A stretch of 64,000 nucleotides of DNA from Escherichia coli O157:H7 (GTDB lineage Bacteria; Pseudomonadota; Gammaproteobacteria; Enterobacterales; Enterobacteriaceae): NCBI RefSeq assembly GCF_013167455.1, contig NZ_CP038328.1; one strand, given 5' to 3'. Below, in pieces: positions 46,673-60,344 of the stretch. Within the stretch, counting starts at the first letter, position 1. Every line of letters begins with the position of its first letter. The notes beneath the pieces were generated by a model. That model had not been told where the DNA came from, searched no databases, and worked only from the letters and a program-made list of their open reading frames with translations. Both the position numbers and the translations under genes were made by a program.

Positions 46673-49333
46673 TCATGATTCCTCGCGTTGGGCAAGATTT
46701 AGCGTAAGCCCAACGATCCCCTCTTCGAGCTGGATATCAACGTTAAACCCGAGCTTGCGGGCCAGCGCCACCATGCCACGATTGTTTGGCATCGTAATAC
46801 CATTCAGACGTTGTAGTCCGTGATCTCGCGTATAGGTAATCAACTTTTCCATTAAGCGTCGACCCAAGCCTAACCCTTTGAGATCCGAGCGAACCAGCAC
46901 GGCAAATTCGGCATCGATGTTATCAGGGTCGGAGATCGCACGCGTGACGCCGAGGATCTCTTCCGTTTGATCAATTCGTCGTACCGCTACAAACGCCATT
47001 TCCCGATCGTAGTCGATCTGCGTCATGTTGGCTAAATCTTCATGGGTAAATTCGTTGATCTCGCTAAAGTAGCGGTAATAAAGATCTTCTTTGGTGACCC
47101 GCGAAATGAATTGCTGAAGTTGTGGCTCATCTTCTGGCAAAATCGGGCGGAACAAGCAGCGTTCACCGTTTTTCAATTCTACCCATTCTTCCAGCTGATG
47201 CGGATAAGGGCGCACTGCCAGCCGACTCTCGTTATCGCCTTCAAACGGCGCGATATCCAGAGTGACATCCAGCGCGGTAAATTCACTGCCAGAAGCCAGC
47301 AAAGGATGAATATCCAGACGCTGAATTTCCGGGCAATCGACAATCAAGTTGGAAACCTGCACCAGAAGCTGGCTCAAGCCTGCAACATCCAATGGGCGTA
47401 GCGCACTGCGCGCACGAATCTTTTTACTTTTGATCCCCTGAATAACCAGATAGCGGGCCAGGTTCATATTCAGCGGCGGCAGTGCGACGACGGCTTGATC
47501 TTCAGGACGCCACTCCACACCGCCTTCACCCAGCATGATCAACGGCCCAAAAACCGGATCGTGCTCAACCACAACCCGCAACTCCTGAGCGCCAGCACGG
47601 TTAGCCATACTTTGCACCAACAGGCCGTGGACCCGCGCCTGCGGCCAGGTCATTTTTACGCGATCGAAAATAGCGTTTGCCGCTTGCTGGACTTCATTGG
47701 CTGTACGCAGGTACAGCATGACGCCCTGAACTTCCGATTTATGTGGAATATCCGGCGAACGCAATTTCAGCGCCACCGGATAACCAATCTGTTCGGCAAT
47801 ATGCACCGCTTCGGTGCTATCGCTGGCAATCCAGGTAGGGAGCGTGTTCATCCCATACGATTGCAGGATGGGCTGAACTTCATGGGTATCGAGCGACGTA
47901 GCCCCTTCGGCAATCGCCTGTTGCAACAGAAGATGCGCTTTTGCGGTATTGGAAGTCAGATTGCTGGGCAACGCCGGCGTTTCGCGTAGTTGCTTCTGAT
48001 TACGCCGGTACTCCACCATATGCATAAAAGCAGTGATGGTTCCTTCCGGGGTACGGTAGGTCGGCAGCCCGGCTTCGCTGAATAAACGTCGTGCCTCTTG
48101 CGAGGAGTGCTCGCCGCACCAGTTCGTCAGCAGAGAAACATACTTGCTGCGGGGATGATGCTTTACCGCTTCAATTAATACTTGCGCGATTTCTGTTGCG
48201 GGAGCAGCGGCGCTGGGCGAATGAATAACCATCAGCGCATCAAAATCCTGGCTGTGGAGCAGAATGTCCAGCGTTTTGACATAATGCTCGCTGCTGGCGT
48301 CATCGCGCAGATCGAGCGGGTTAGAGATTGCCACATGTCCTGGCAGTGCATCGCGCAGTTTCTGGCAGGTTTCTTCGCTTAGCGTTGCCAGCTTGCCATT
48401 GCGTGACCATAAGGCATCCAGCGCCAGCGCGGCAGGCGCAGCACCGTTGCTGATAATCATCAACCGGTCGCCACGCAGCGGGCGCATATGGCTGAGGGTT
48501 TCCACCGCCGAAAACAGCTCGTGGGTATCCTGCACCCGCAACAAACCGGCACGCTGAATCGCCGCATCCCACGCCGGATCCATTCCTGCCGTCGTGTTGA
48601 GCAGTCGCTGTGCTGCCGGGCTACGTCCGCTTTTAATCACCAGAATCGGTTTATTACGCGAGGCACTACGGGCCGCCGAAACAAAGCGTCGCGCGTCGCT
48701 TAACTGTTCGAGATAGAGCAGGATGGCGCTGGTTTTACTGTCGCGTGCCAGATAGTCAAGCAATTCATCAACGTCGATATCTAGGCTGTCGCCGAGCGCA
48801 ATAAAGTAGGAAAAGCCCATCTCACGCTGTTGCGCCCAGTCGAGGATGGTGTTGGAGACGGCAGCCGACTGTGAAATAAACGCCAGCTTGCCGCGTTTAA
48901 TCGGCACAGGCGAAAAGCTGGCATTCAGACCTTGCCAGGGAGCCAGTAAACCCAGACTGTTTGGTCCAAGCAGGCGCATGTTATGGCGCAGGGCGCAGGC
49001 GCGGAGATCTTCGTGTTGCGATGCCGGGGCGGAAAGAATAATGCAGGTTTTACAGCCTTTCTCGCCGAGCTCTTCCAGAAGAGCAAGATTACGGCTGGCA
49101 TTGGTACATAAAACCGCAAGGTCGGGTGTAAAGGGCAAGCTGGCAATATCCGGCCAGGCCAACACACCCAACACCGCTTTCCAGGCTGGCGTCACCGGGA
49201 GTACCGGTCCGTTAAAGCCTCCCGCCAGCAGGTTACGCATCATCAGGTAACCTGCGCGATTGGGTTTCATCGACGCGCCAATTACCGCTATCGATTTTGG
49301 TCGCAGTAGTGCTTCCAGTCCTCGCTGACTCAT
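46673..49333 (-). CDS. patZ: Protein lysine acetyltransferase (YfiQ/Pka/PatZ): CoA-ligase-like NDP-forming domain + C-terminal GNAT
   Basis: 886-aa ORF matching YfiQ. Confidence 0.9.
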   Translation of the reverse strand: MSQRGLEALLRPKSIAVIGASMKPNRAGYLMMRNLLAGGFNGPVLPVTPAWKAVLGVLAWPDIASLPFTPDLAVLCTNASRNLALLEELGEKGCKTCIILSAPASQHEDLRACALRHNMRLLGPNSLGLLAPWQGLNASFSPVPIKRGKLAFISQSAAVSNTILDWAQQREMGFSYFIALGDSLDIDVDELLDYLARDSKTSAILLYLEQLSDARRFVSAARSASRNKPILVIKSGRSPAAQRLLNTTAGMDPAWDAAIQRAGLLRVQDTHELFSAVETLSHMRPLRGDRLMIISNGAAPAALALDALWSRNGKLATLSEETCQKLRDALPGHVAISNPLDLRDDASSEHYVKTLDILLHSQDFDALMVIHSPSAAAPATEIAQVLIEAVKHHPRSKYVSLLTNWCGEHSSQEARRLFSEAGLPTYRTPEGTITAFMHMVEYRRNQKQLRETPALPSNLTSNTAKAHLLLQQAIAEGATSLDTHEVQPILQSYGMNTLPTWIASDSTEAVHIAEQIGYPVALKLRSPDIPHKSEVQGVMLYLRTANEVQQAANAIFDRVKMTWPQARVHGLLVQSMANRAGAQELRVVVEHDPVFGPLIMLGEGGVEWRPEDQAVVALPPLNMNLARYLVIQGIKSKKIRARSALRPLDVAGLSQLLVQVSNLIVDCPEIQRLDIHPLLASGSEFTALDVTLDIAPFEGDNESRLAVRPYPHQLEEWVELKNGERCLFRPILPEDEPQLQQFISRVTKEDLYYRYFSEINEFTHEDLANMTQIDYDREMAFVAVRRIDQTEEILGVTRAISDPDNIDAEFAVLVRSDLKGLGLGRRLMEKLITYTRDHGLQRLNGITMPNNRGMVALARKLGFNVDIQLEEGIVGLTLNLAQREES

Positions 49334-49364
49334 ACCGGTCTCCCGCAGAAGTGACCGAATGATT

Positions 49365-50063
49365 TTAAACGCTTTCTAACTGTTCTGCTGTGATGCTACC
49401 CAGATGTTGCGTTTTTCCTGCCAGATAGCGCGTTTTAAAGCGGGTGAAGTGCTCGCCTAACCCTGCTGCCGCCCCGGTATCGCCGGCCATATCTAACAGT
49501 GCGATGGCTACCTCGGCAGTACAATATTGGCCTTCAGCCTGGGCTTCACGCAGGCGATAGGCAGAAAGCCGGGAAAGATCGACGGAAATGACGGGAAGAT
49601 TATCCAGATACGGACTTTTACGAAACATCTTGCGAGCTTCCGGCCAGGTACCATCGAGCATGATAAACAGCGGTGGCTTACCGGCAGGTGGTGTGAAGAT
49701 CACTTCCCGTTGCTCATCAGCATACGAGGCGGGAAAGACCACCATTGGCTGATAATCCGGGTTTTGTACCAGATCCAGCAAATCCTGCGAGGGTTCGGTA
49801 CGCGACCATTGAAACGCAACGGTATCAGGCAAAATATCAGCAATCAGACGCCCGGTATTACTGGGCTTCATTGGCTCGGTGTCGAACATCAGCAAACAGA
49901 AGCGACTTTTTGCTTGTGCTGGGGTAATTGTCGAACAGAGACATAATTTCTCTGGCAAAAGACAGCGTTGGCAGCGACGAACGCGATTACCGCGGGCAAG
50001 AAAAGGACGTGTTGCGCGCGCAATACGCTCGGCGCGTAACTGGAGAACAGCGTTTTCGGTCAT
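49365..50063 (-). CDS. yfiP: DTW-domain protein YfiP (tRNA acp3U transferase TapT)
   Basis: Trimmed to MTENAVLQLRAERIARATRPF… (232 aa) with CxxC…CxC motifs; ORF-track N-terminal extension rejected. Confidence 0.8.
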   Translation of the reverse strand: MTENAVLQLRAERIARATRPFLARGNRVRRCQRCLLPEKLCLCSTITPAQAKSRFCLLMFDTEPMKPSNTGRLIADILPDTVAFQWSRTEPSQDLLDLVQNPDYQPMVVFPASYADEQREVIFTPPAGKPPLFIMLDGTWPEARKMFRKSPYLDNLPVISVDLSRLSAYRLREAQAEGQYCTAEVAIALLDMAGDTGAAAGLGEHFTRFKTRYLAGKTQHLGSITAEQLESV

Positions 50064-50131
50064 AAGAGAGCGTCGAAAAAACGCCATTGTCGCAGAGGAG
50101 AAAACGGGGCACAAGATGCGCCCCGGTAAGA

Positions 50132-50551
50132 TTAAAGAGATTCGTTCAGCCAGCTATCGAACGGCGCTTTCGGTACTGCGCCATTAAGCATGTCGACAAC
50201 CTGACCGTTTTTGAAAATCATGATCGTCGGTATACTACGAATTCCAAAGCGACTGCTCAATTCACGTTCAGCTTCGGTATTCACTTTCACAAAGCGCACT
50301 TTACCGCTACGCTCTTGCGCGACATCTTCAAAAATTGGTGCGAAATTACGGCAGGGGCCGCACCACGGTGCCCAGAAGTCGATCACCACTGGTAGATCAT
50401 CTTTCAGCAATTTGTCGAGCGTTTCACCGGTCGCATTAATCACCTCTCCGTCAAACAAGTCGTGACCGCAGCGTCCGCATTTTGCCGCATCTTCGATCCG
50501 ATCGTCGGGAATGCGATTGATGGCCTGACAATGGGTACAAACGGTATTCAT
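50132..50551 (-). CDS. trxC: Thioredoxin 2
   Basis: 139-aa ORF with N-terminal zinc-finger CxxC pairs and WCGPC active site. Confidence 0.95.
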
Positions 50552-50757
50552 AACTAACCTCGGGATGAGTAAGGAGACTTATCGGCAACAACGCCGGTAT
50601 GTTTCTAATATGTTACATATTATCGGGGACATTGTTCCAGACAACAATCTGTTTTATTCAATAGGTATGATAGTCGCAGGCTTTGGTACGAAATCATGGC
50701 GAACCGCGCGGACTTCGGGTAATCTGCGCGCTTCGCGCAGCGCTGGTGGAGAAAAGC

Positions 50758-51795
50758 ATGAACGATGAAATGAAAGGTAAAAGCGGCAAGGTCAAAGTGA
50801 TGTATGTCCGCAGTGATGATGATTCTGATAAACGTACCCACAACCCGCGTACCGGGAAAGGGGGCGGGCGTCCAGGAAAATCTCGTGCTGACGGTGGCCG
50901 TCGCCCCGCCCGCGATGACAAACAGAGTCAGCCCCGTGACCGCAAGTGGGAAGATTCGCCGTGGCGCACGGTTTCCCGCGCGCCGGGTGATGAGACGCCG
51001 GAAAAGGCCGATCACGGTGGCATCAGTGGTAAAAGTTTTATTGATCCGGAAGTGTTGCGTCGTCAGCGTGCGGAAGAAACCCGCGTCTACGGCGAAAACG
51101 CCTGTCAGGCACTGTTCCAGAGCCGTCCGGAAGCGATTGTTCGCGCCTGGTTTATCCAGAGTGTAACGCCGCGTTTTAAAGAAGCCTTGCGCTGGATGGC
51201 AGCAAACCGCAAAGCGTACCATGTGGTAGATGAAGCGGAATTGACAAAAGCGTCAGGCACGGAACATCACGGTGGCGTTTGCTTCCTGATCAAAAAGCGT
51301 AATGGCACAACCGTGCAGCAGTGGGTAAGCCAGGCAGGCGCGCAGGATTGTGTTCTGGCACTGGAAAACGAATCTAACCCGCATAACCTGGGTGGCATGA
51401 TGCGCAGCTGCGCGCACTTTGGCGTGAAAGGTGTTGTGGTGCAGGATGCGGCACTGCTGGAGTCGGGGGCGGCTATCCGTACCGCAGAAGGCGGCGCAGA
51501 GCACGTTCAGCCGATTACTGGCGACAACATTGTTAACGTGCTGGATGATTTCCGTCAGGCGGGTTACACCGTAGTGACAACTTCCAGCGAGCAGGGTAAA
51601 CCGCTGTTCAAAACCAGTCTGCCAGCGAAAATGGTACTGGTGCTGGGTCAGGAATATGAAGGGTTACCGGATGCCGCACGCGATCCGAACGATCTGCGCG
51701 TGAAGATTGATGGTACTGGCAACGTTGCCGGGCTGAATATCTCTGTCGCAACCGGCGTTCTTCTTGGCGAATGGTGGCGTCAGAATAAAGCCTGA
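50758..51795 (+). CDS. yfiF: SpoU-family RNA methyltransferase YfiF
   Basis: 345-aa product starting [22 protein letters not shown]…; ORF-track N-terminal extension rejected. Confidence 0.85.
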
Positions 51796-51842
51796 TAAAT
51801 CAGCCGGGTGGCAACTCTGCCATCCGGCATTTTCCCGCAAAT

Positions 51843-52532
51843 TTACTCACTCTCTGCCGGTAATACTGGCATCCAGTCAATCGGCGTCTCGCCATGTTGT
51901 TCCAGCCACTGATTTGCCAGCACAAAATGGTTGCAGCCAAAGAATCCACGATGAGCCGAAAGCGGCGACGGATGCGGTGCTTTCAGTACATGATGGCGTT
52001 GCTTATCTATAATCGCCCCTTTCTTTTGCGCATGCGATCCCCACAACAAAAACACCACGCCTTCGCGATGCTGGTTAATCAGGCTGATCACTTTATCGGT
52101 GAAGGTTTCCCAGCCGAGGCTGGCGTGGGAATGCGCCTGACCTGCGCGTACCGTCAACACAGTATTGAGTAGCAGAACGCCCTGACGCGCCCAGCTTTCA
52201 AGATAACCATGATTAGGGCGGGTGAAGCCCGGAATAGTATTTTCCAGCTCTTTATACATATTCAGCAGTGACGGAGGAGTGGCGATTCCGGGGCGAACGG
52301 AAAATGCCAGCCCATGCGCCTGTCCCGGTCCGTGATAAGGATCCTGGCCGAGAATCACCACTTTAACGTCACCCAACTCGGTAAAGCGGAACGCGTTAAA
52401 GACATCTTTTTGTGGTGGATAGATAGTGACGCCGGACTGCCGCTCGCTGGCGACGGTCTGAAGGGTATTAAGAAAATAGGGTTGCTGCTTCTCTTCAGCC
52501 AGCACGTCATGCCAGGTTAATTCGTTAGCCAT
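51843..52532 (-). CDS. ung: Uracil-DNA glycosylase
   Basis: 229-aa ORF with UDG motifs ([17 protein letters not shown]). Confidence 0.95.
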   Translation of the reverse strand: MANELTWHDVLAEEKQQPYFLNTLQTVASERQSGVTIYPPQKDVFNAFRFTELGDVKVVILGQDPYHGPGQAHGLAFSVRPGIATPPSLLNMYKELENTIPGFTRPNHGYLESWARQGVLLLNTVLTVRAGQAHSHASLGWETFTDKVISLINQHREGVVFLLWGSHAQKKGAIIDKQRHHVLKAPHPSPLSAHRGFFGCNHFVLANQWLEQHGETPIDWMPVLPAESE

Positions 52533-52836
52533 CTCGCTCTCCTGCGAATCTTCAATCCGCCTAGCTTAACTGCTTCTTTCTACAGAACAAAATCATGCTC
52601 ATTTTTTAGACTTAAACGAGTGCAAAAAAATGTAAATTGGTAAAATTTCACACCCGCATAAGTTGATGTAAAACAATAAAATCTATTTGCGACCACACTT
52701 GATGTGTGGTTTTTATTGATTTAAATCAAAGATTCAAGGGTGTTTGAGGAGTATATATACACTCAAGCAACAATGGTTTTACCAATTGGCCGCGACAGGC
52801 TGAACAAATCAAATAATTTTGCCGGGGAGGCATCAC

Positions 52837-53220
52837 ATGATTACAGGTATCCAGATTACTAAAGCCGCTAACGACGATCTGCTGAACTCTTTCTGGCTGC
52901 TGGACAGCGAAAAAGGCGAAGCGCGTTGCATCGTTGCGAAAGCAGGTTATGCAGAAGACGAAGTGGTTGCAGTAAGCAAACTGGGTGACATTGAGTACCG
53001 TGAAGTTCCAGTAGAAGTGAAACCAGAAGTTCGCGTTGAAGGTGGTCAGCACCTGAACGTTAACGTTCTGCGTCGTGAAACTCTGGAAGATGCAGTTAAG
53101 CATCCGGAAAAATATCCGCAGCTGACCATCCGTGTATCCGGTTATGCAGTTCGCTTTAACTCTCTGACTCCGGAACAGCAGCGCGACGTTATCGCTCGTA
53201 CCTTTACTGAAAGCCTGTAA
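52837..53220 (+). CDS. grcA: Autonomous glycyl radical cofactor GrcA (YfiD)
   Basis: 127-aa product [14 protein letters not shown]… …[17 protein letters not shown] (glycyl radical motif). Confidence 0.95.
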
Positions 53221-53275
53221 GGCTTAAGTAGCATGTTACTAAGCGGAAGAGGGCGACCTCTTCCGCTTTTTTTCA

Positions 53276-53863
53276 TTAATAGAAAATGCGTACCGCGCAA
53301 TAGATCAGCAGCAGCGCCAGCACGATATTTAACTGGCGACCATACTGGCGAAACAATCGCTGAAACAGATGCCCCGCCAGCGCCCAGCACACATTACCAA
53401 ACGTCCCAATCATTGCCAGCAAAACGCTGACGCCAACTATCCAGCTTAACGCCTGTGTTTGCGGCAGAACAAATGTCGACAGTGCCGTAACACCGTACAA
53501 AATGATTTTGACGTTCACAAACTGCAAAGCAAAGCTGGCCCAAAAACTGATTGGTTTTGTCTGAAGCCCGTCTTCCTTTGTTGGACTGGTAGCGATTTTC
53601 CACGCCAGCCAGACAATATATGCCGCCCCCGCCCAACTCAACAGATGCACAGCTGCCGGGTCGATAACAGCCAGTGAAAACGAAATGCCCGCACACAGCA
53701 ACATGACGATTAAAAATCCCAGACTCATCCCTGCCAGCACGCGGGTACTCTGATGAAATCCGTGCGTTGTGGCTGAGCTAAGGGCGAGAATATTGTTCGG
53801 TCCTGGCGTCATGGCGGTAATCAGGGTGTAAGTCCAAAAAGCACTTAAAAGGGTCGGTGTCAC
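53276..53863 (-). CDS. eamB: Cysteine/O-acetylserine exporter EamB (YfiK), LysE family
   Basis: 195-aa hydrophobic ORF matching YfiK. Confidence 0.85.
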   Translation of the reverse strand: MTPTLLSAFWTYTLITAMTPGPNNILALSSATTHGFHQSTRVLAGMSLGFLIVMLLCAGISFSLAVIDPAAVHLLSWAGAAYIVWLAWKIATSPTKEDGLQTKPISFWASFALQFVNVKIILYGVTALSTFVLPQTQALSWIVGVSVLLAMIGTFGNVCWALAGHLFQRLFRQYGRQLNIVLALLLIYCAVRIFY

Positions 53864-53965
53864 TTGTTATCTCCTCTGTTTTGGTAGACAGTACCCGACA
53901 CAGAATATTTAAAAAAATGAATGTTTTTACATTCTAAATTCGATATTTTCGATAGGTTTGGGGTT

Positions 53966-54847
53966 ATGGATCTGCGCCGTTTTATTACGCTTAAAACCGT
54001 GGTGGAAGAGGGTTCCTTTTTGCGAGCTTCGCAAAAATTGTGCTGTACACAATCGACGGTGACTTTTCATATTCAGCAGCTTGAGCAGGAGTTCTCGGTA
54101 CAGTTATTTGAGAAAATTGGCCGACGGATGTGCCTCACTCGCGAAGGTAAAAAGCTGCTGCCGCACATTTATGAACTCACCAGAGTGATGGATACCCTTC
54201 GTGAGGCTGCCAAAAAGGAGTCGGATCCGGACGGGGAACTACGCGTTGTTTCGGGCGAAACGTTGCTCTCTTACCGAATGCCGCAGGTGTTGCAGCGTTT
54301 TCGGCAACGCGCCCCAAAAGTGCGTTTATCGTTGCAGTCTCTGAACTGTTACGTGATCCGTGATGCGCTATTGAATGATGAGGCCGATGTCGGGGTTTTT
54401 TATCGCGTAGGGAATGATGATGCCCTGAACCGACGAGAATTGGGTGAGCAATCGCTGGTGCTGGTAGCTTCACCGCAAATTGCAGATGTCGATTTTACTG
54501 AGCCGGGAAGACATAACGCCTGTAGCTTTATTATCAACGAACCGCAATGTGTATTCCGGCAGATATTTGAGAGCACGCTGCGCCAGCGGCGGATCACGGT
54601 GGAAAACACCATTGAGCTGTTAAGCATTGAAAGTATCAAACGTTGTGTCGCGGCGAATATCGGTGTCAGTTACTTGCCCCGCTTTGCGGTGGAAAAAGAG
54701 CTTGAGAGCGGAGAATTAATTGAATTGCCTTTTGGCGAACACTCGCAGACCATTACGGCAATGTGCGCTCACCATGCCGGAAAAGCGGTTAGCCCGGCGA
54801 TGCACACTTTTATTCAGTGTGTTGAAGATTGTTTTTTGCCGGGATAA
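53966..54847 (+). CDS. yfiE: LysR-family transcriptional regulator YfiE
   Basis: 293-aa product starting MDLRRFITLKTVVEEGSFLRASQKL… (HTH); divergent from eamB. Confidence 0.85.
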   Translation: MDLRRFITLKTVVEEGSFLRASQKLCCTQSTVTFHIQQLEQEFSVQLFEKIGRRMCLTREGKKLLPHIYELTRVMDTLREAAKKESDPDGELRVVSGETLLSYRMPQVLQRFRQRAPKVRLSLQSLNCYVIRDALLNDEADVGVFYRVGNDDALNRRELGEQSLVLVASPQIADVDFTEPGRHNACSFIINEPQCVFRQIFESTLRQRRITVENTIELLSIESIKRCVAANIGVSYLPRFAVEKELESGELIELPFGEHSQTITAMCAHHAGKAVSPAMHTFIQCVEDCFLPG

Positions 54848-54879
54848 AAATAATGCCGGGCTTAAACCCGGCATTGAGA

Positions 54880-56214
54880 TTACTCTTCTGTCGTTTGCGG
54901 TGGCACGCCCGTTCCGCTTGGTTTACGGCGCTTACCAATATTTTTGGTATCGCGATGGCGTTTTTTCACCCGCGGCTTCTCTTTCTCTTTTGCTTTTTTC
55001 TTCTCGGCGCGTTTTGCCAGTACTTTCTTCGATGGCTTGCCGGTCTGCTTCTCGCTTGGTGCACGCGTTTTCGGGCGTAACTCATCAATTACGCGAGCTT
55101 TAATTGGCTCTTCAATATAGCGACCAACTTTGCCCAGCAGCAGATGGTCATGGGCTTCTACCAGCGAAATTGCGGTGCCTTTACGACCGGCGCGCGCGGT
55201 ACGTCCGATACGGTGCAAATAAGTATCGCCACTGCGCGGCATATCGAAGTTAAAGACGTGGCTGACGTCAGGAATGTCGATACCGCGCGCGGCAACATCG
55301 GTTGCAACCAGTACGTTTACGCGACCTTCGGTCAAACGTTTGATCGCTTCGTTACGCTTGCCCTGTACCATCTCACCTTCGAGATAGCAGTTGTTGATGC
55401 CCGCTTCGCGCAGCCAGTTTGCCAGCTCATGCACACGCTCACGCTTACGCACAAACACAATTGAGCGGGTCGCTTCCGGCTGTTTTAACAGATGCACCAG
55501 CAATGCGGTTTTATGTTCCAGGTCATCGGCGCGGTAATACCACTGATGAATTTTTTTGCGCTCACGGGTGGACGGATTGGCAGAAACCTCCACCGGATCT
55601 TCCAGCAGACGCTCGGCAAAGTCCTGAATCGCATCGCCTTCCAGCGTTGCCGAAAAGAGCAGGGTCTGTTTACGCCAGCGCGTTTCGCCAGCAATATGTT
55701 CGATATCCTGAGCGAAGCCCATATCCAGCATACGGTCTGCTTCGTCGAGGATCAGCGTTTCAACCGCGCGGCAATCGAAGTTCTCTTCTTTTATGTATTG
55801 CAGCAGACGTCCGGTCGTGGCGACCACGATGTCCTGATTTTCGCTGAACACTTCCGCGTGGTTCATATAGGCTACGCCGCCGGTGATGGTGGCGATATCC
55901 AGATGCGTATGTTTCGCCAGTTCGCGGGCATGATCGGCCACCTGCATCGCCAGCTCGCGAGTTGGGGTGAGGATCAAAATACGCGGCGGACCGGATTTCT
56001 TACGCGGGAAATCGAGCAGGTGCTGCAACGCTGGCAGCAGATACGCCGCCGTTTTACCGGTGCCTGTCGGCGCAGAACCGAGTACATCACGGCCATCGAG
56101 CGCAGGCGGAATGGCGGCAGCCTGAATGGCGGTCGGGCGAGTGAAACCTTTATCCTGGAGGGCTTCCAGCAGGCTTTCGTCGAGTTCAAGTTCGGAAAAA
56201 GTCGTTACAGTCAT
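54880..56214 (-). CDS. srmB: ATP-dependent RNA helicase SrmB (DEAD-box)
   Basis: 444-aa ORF with DEAD-box motifs ([23 protein letters not shown]). Confidence 0.95.
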   Translation of the reverse strand: MTVTTFSELELDESLLEALQDKGFTRPTAIQAAAIPPALDGRDVLGSAPTGTGKTAAYLLPALQHLLDFPRKKSGPPRILILTPTRELAMQVADHARELAKHTHLDIATITGGVAYMNHAEVFSENQDIVVATTGRLLQYIKEENFDCRAVETLILDEADRMLDMGFAQDIEHIAGETRWRKQTLLFSATLEGDAIQDFAERLLEDPVEVSANPSTRERKKIHQWYYRADDLEHKTALLVHLLKQPEATRSIVFVRKRERVHELANWLREAGINNCYLEGEMVQGKRNEAIKRLTEGRVNVLVATDVAARGIDIPDVSHVFNFDMPRSGDTYLHRIGRTARAGRKGTAISLVEAHDHLLLGKVGRYIEEPIKARVIDELRPKTRAPSEKQTGKPSKKVLAKRAEKKKAKEKEKPRVKKRHRDTKNIGKRRKPSGTGVPPQTTEE

Positions 56215-56345
56215 GTTCTACCTCTGTGTGGGGCGCTGATTATAGACGTTACGGCTGCAATCTTCATCTGTTTGTATGGATATCGCTTCTCGGGTATTGT
56301 TCTCACCCGGTGCTATCGCCGTTTTTCCTGCAAGGTTTTATTTTC

Positions 56346-58699
<2,354 letters not shown>

Positions 58700-59097
58700 T
58701 TAATTTACTAAACACGGTTTGGTCAGCATAGCATCATGTTGTGCGAATAAACACCTGCTATTTTAATATTTGTTACAGTGACTAAACACGCTGACGCAGG
58801 GCGGCGAGAAAAAGAGAAGTTACTGGCTGGTGGAGGATTAGGTGGTGAAATAAAAAGGCCGTTGGGTTACTCTTCAGGCAGTTAAATGGGCATTTCTACA
58901 CAGATAATGCGATGTTCAGATTCTGTAGACTTATAATGATAGATAATGATCCGTCTACAGCATGACAAACAAAAACAGATGCGTTACGGAACTTTACAAA
59001 AACGAGACACTCTAACCCTTTGCTTGCTCAAATTGCAGCTAATGGAGTGGCGTTTCGATAGCGCGTGGAAATTTGGTTTGGGGAGACTTTACCTCGG

Positions 59098-59673
59098 ATG
59101 AGCGAGCAGTTAACGGACCAGGTCCTGGTTGAACGGGTCCAGAAGGGAGATCAGAAAGCCTTTAACTTACTGGTAGTGCGCTATCAGCATAAAGTGGCGA
59201 GTCTGGTTTCCCGCTATGTGCCGTCGGGTGATGTTCCCGATGTGGTACAAGAAGCTTTTATTAAAGCCTATCGTGCGCTGGATTCGTTCCGGGGAGATAG
59301 CGCTTTTTATACATGGCTGTATCGGATTGCTGTAAATACAGCGAAAAATTACCTGGTTGCTCAGGGGCGTCGTCCACCTTCCAGTGATGTGGATGCCATT
59401 GAAGCTGAAAACTTCGAAAGTGGCGGCGCGTTGAAAGAAATTTCGAACCCTGAGAACTTAATGTTGTCAGAAGAACTGAGACAGATAGTTTTCCGAACTA
59501 TTGAGTCCCTCCCGGAAGATTTACGCATGGCAATAACCTTGCGGGAGCTGGATGGCCTGAGCTATGAAGAGATAGCCGCTATCATGGATTGTCCGGTAGG
59601 TACGGTGCGTTCACGTATCTTCCGAGCGAGGGAAGCTATTGATAACAAAGTTCAACCGCTTATCAGGCGTTGA
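59098..59673 (+). CDS. rpoE: RNA polymerase sigma-E (sigma-24)
   Basis: 191-aa product starting MSEQLTDQVLVERVQKGDQKAFNLLV…. Confidence 0.95.
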   Translation: MSEQLTDQVLVERVQKGDQKAFNLLVVRYQHKVASLVSRYVPSGDVPDVVQEAFIKAYRALDSFRGDSAFYTWLYRIAVNTAKNYLVAQGRRPPSSDVDAIEAENFESGGALKEISNPENLMLSEELRQIVFRTIESLPEDLRMAITLRELDGLSYEEIAAIMDCPVGTVRSRIFRAREAIDNKVQPLIRR

Positions 59674-59705
59674 CGATAGCGGGATACTGGATAAGGGTAT
59701 TAGGC

Positions 59706-60344
59706 ATGCAGAAAGAACAACTTTCCGCTTTAATGGATGGCGAAACGCTGGATAGTGAGCTGCTTAACGAACTGGCTCATAACCCAGAAATGCAGAAAAC
59801 CTGGGAAAGCTATCACTTAATCCGTGACTCAATGCGGGGTGATACTCCCGAGGTGCTCCATTTCGATATCTCTTCACGCGTGATGGCCGCCATTGAAGAA
59901 GAGCCAGTACGTCAACCGGCGACATTGATCCCGGAAGCCCAGCCTGCGCCGCATGAATGGCAGAAAATGCCATTCTGGCAGAAAGTACGTCCGTGGGCGG
60001 CACAGCTTACCCAAATGGGCGTAGCCGCATGCGTATCGCTTGCAGTTATCGTTGGCGTCCAGCACTATAATGGACAATCTGAAACGTCCCAGCAGCCCGA
60101 AACGCCGGTATTTAATACACTGCCGATGATGGGTAAAGCCAGCCCGGTTAGCCTGGGAGTACCTTCTGAAGCGACCGCAAATAATGGTCAACAGCAGCAG
60201 CGTCGTCGCATTAATGCAATGTTGCAGGATTACGAACTGCAACGCCGACTCCACTCTGAACAGCTTCAGTTTGAGCAGGCGCAAACCCAGCAAGCCGCTG
60301 TACAGGTGCCAGGAATTCAAACTTTAGGAACGCAATCGCAGTAA
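59706..60344 (+). CDS. rseA: Anti-sigma-E factor RseA
   Basis: Product starting MQKEQLSALMDGETLDSELLNELAHNPEMQ… with a single TM segment. Confidence 0.9.
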   Translation: MQKEQLSALMDGETLDSELLNELAHNPEMQKTWESYHLIRDSMRGDTPEVLHFDISSRVMAAIEEEPVRQPATLIPEAQPAPHEWQKMPFWQKVRPWAAQLTQMGVAACVSLAVIVGVQHYNGQSETSQQPETPVFNTLPMMGKASPVSLGVPSEATANNGQQQQRRRINAMLQDYELQRRLHSEQLQFEQAQTQQAAVQVPGIQTLGTQSQ